DNA of 49,067 nucleotides. It comes from a virus. Shown piece by piece: positions 48,834 to 49,067 of the stretch (its first letter is position 1; each line of letters begins with the position of its first letter). The stretch is from IMG/VR virus record IMGVR_UViG_3300027908_000009, positions 1-49,067 of that record. One strand, written 5' to 3'. Under the pieces are notes generated by a model, which saw nothing but the letters and a program-made list of their open reading frames with translations, ran no database searches and was not told where the DNA came from. The position numbers and the translations under genes are program-made.

Positions 48834-49067
48834 ACGTTCAGCAGCATTTCGAGGGTAACACTGTAGGATGATCCGCCCGTAAACCCGACAGTTGTGAACT
48901 TAACCGCGCCATCGGCGCCCGTATTGTTCGGATTGGTGAGACCACCGAAGAACGTATAATCGGCAACTCCGGCAAACTCCAAGATTTCCATATCAGTTGG
49001 ACTACTCGCATTCCATTGGATGCGCAGAGAACCACCCTGCACATTATAGGTTATGCGAGCCATGGTC
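48830..49067 (-). CDS. 3' part of the junction-spanning 123-aa gene (same gene as 1..233)
   Basis: The track ORF MARITYNVQGG... is an internal Met. The frame stays open to the window end and continues at 1..233 through the 99-bp overlap. Confidence 0.6.
   Translation of the reverse strand, partial: TMARITYNVQGGSLRIQWNASSPTDMEILEFAGVADYTFFGGLTNPNNTGADGAVKFTTVGFTGGSSYSVTLEMLLNV
48969..49067. repeat. Second copy of the terminal 99-bp overlap
   Basis: Identical to bases 1-99. Confidence 0.95.

Overview
The window is a complete tailed-phage genome that closes on itself. Bases 1-99 are identical to 48969-49067, giving a unit length of 48,968 bp. Gene content is podovirus-like. It has small and large terminase, portal, scaffold, an HK97-type capsid protein, Gly/Gln-rich internal virion proteins and at least six fibre or spike-like proteins. 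It has no tape measure, sheath or tail tube, and no phage RNA polymerase. The host is probably an alphaproteobacterium, judged from a GcrA-like regulator, an Omp25/RopB-style beta-barrel protein and a DUF1376 protein. About 38 kb is read on the minus strand: regulator, replication-associated small genes, packaging, head, fibre locus, tail and ejection proteins, then lysis, passing through the circular junction. A 9.5 kb plus-strand early arm (16374-25864) diverges from a palindromic operator and promoter region at about 16200-16260. Recognisable early genes are an OB-fold protein with an SSB-type ...DPIPF tail, a Ref/DUF968-like HNH nuclease, a GcrA-like protein and two Rmf/CrpP-like proteins. 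The most unusual features are listed here. (1) Sugar-modifying enzymes sit inside the structural operons: a GT9-like GT after the capsid genes, a TylF-type O-methyltransferase between terL and portal, and a translationally coupled GT2, Cys4 protein, TM peptide and SAM-MTase block in the fibre locus. (2) An ORF-free, GNRA-rich, strongly self-complementary stretch of about 240 nt follows its own promoter and precedes a 59-aa RHH gene that the ORF track misses. (3) Two opposite-strand homing-endonuclease-like genes are present. One is frameshifted and sits between a 5' relic of the endolysin gene and the working endolysin. (4) A signal-peptide beta-barrel outer-membrane moron has two GANTC sites in its promoter. 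(5) A GroES-like co-chaperonin lies in the head module. (6) A fibre-like protein and a small coiled-coil protein both carry Sec signal peptides. No tRNA, CRISPR array, intact integrase, DNA polymerase, primase or helicase was recognised. All homology statements come from motif recognition by eye and have not been searched against any database.
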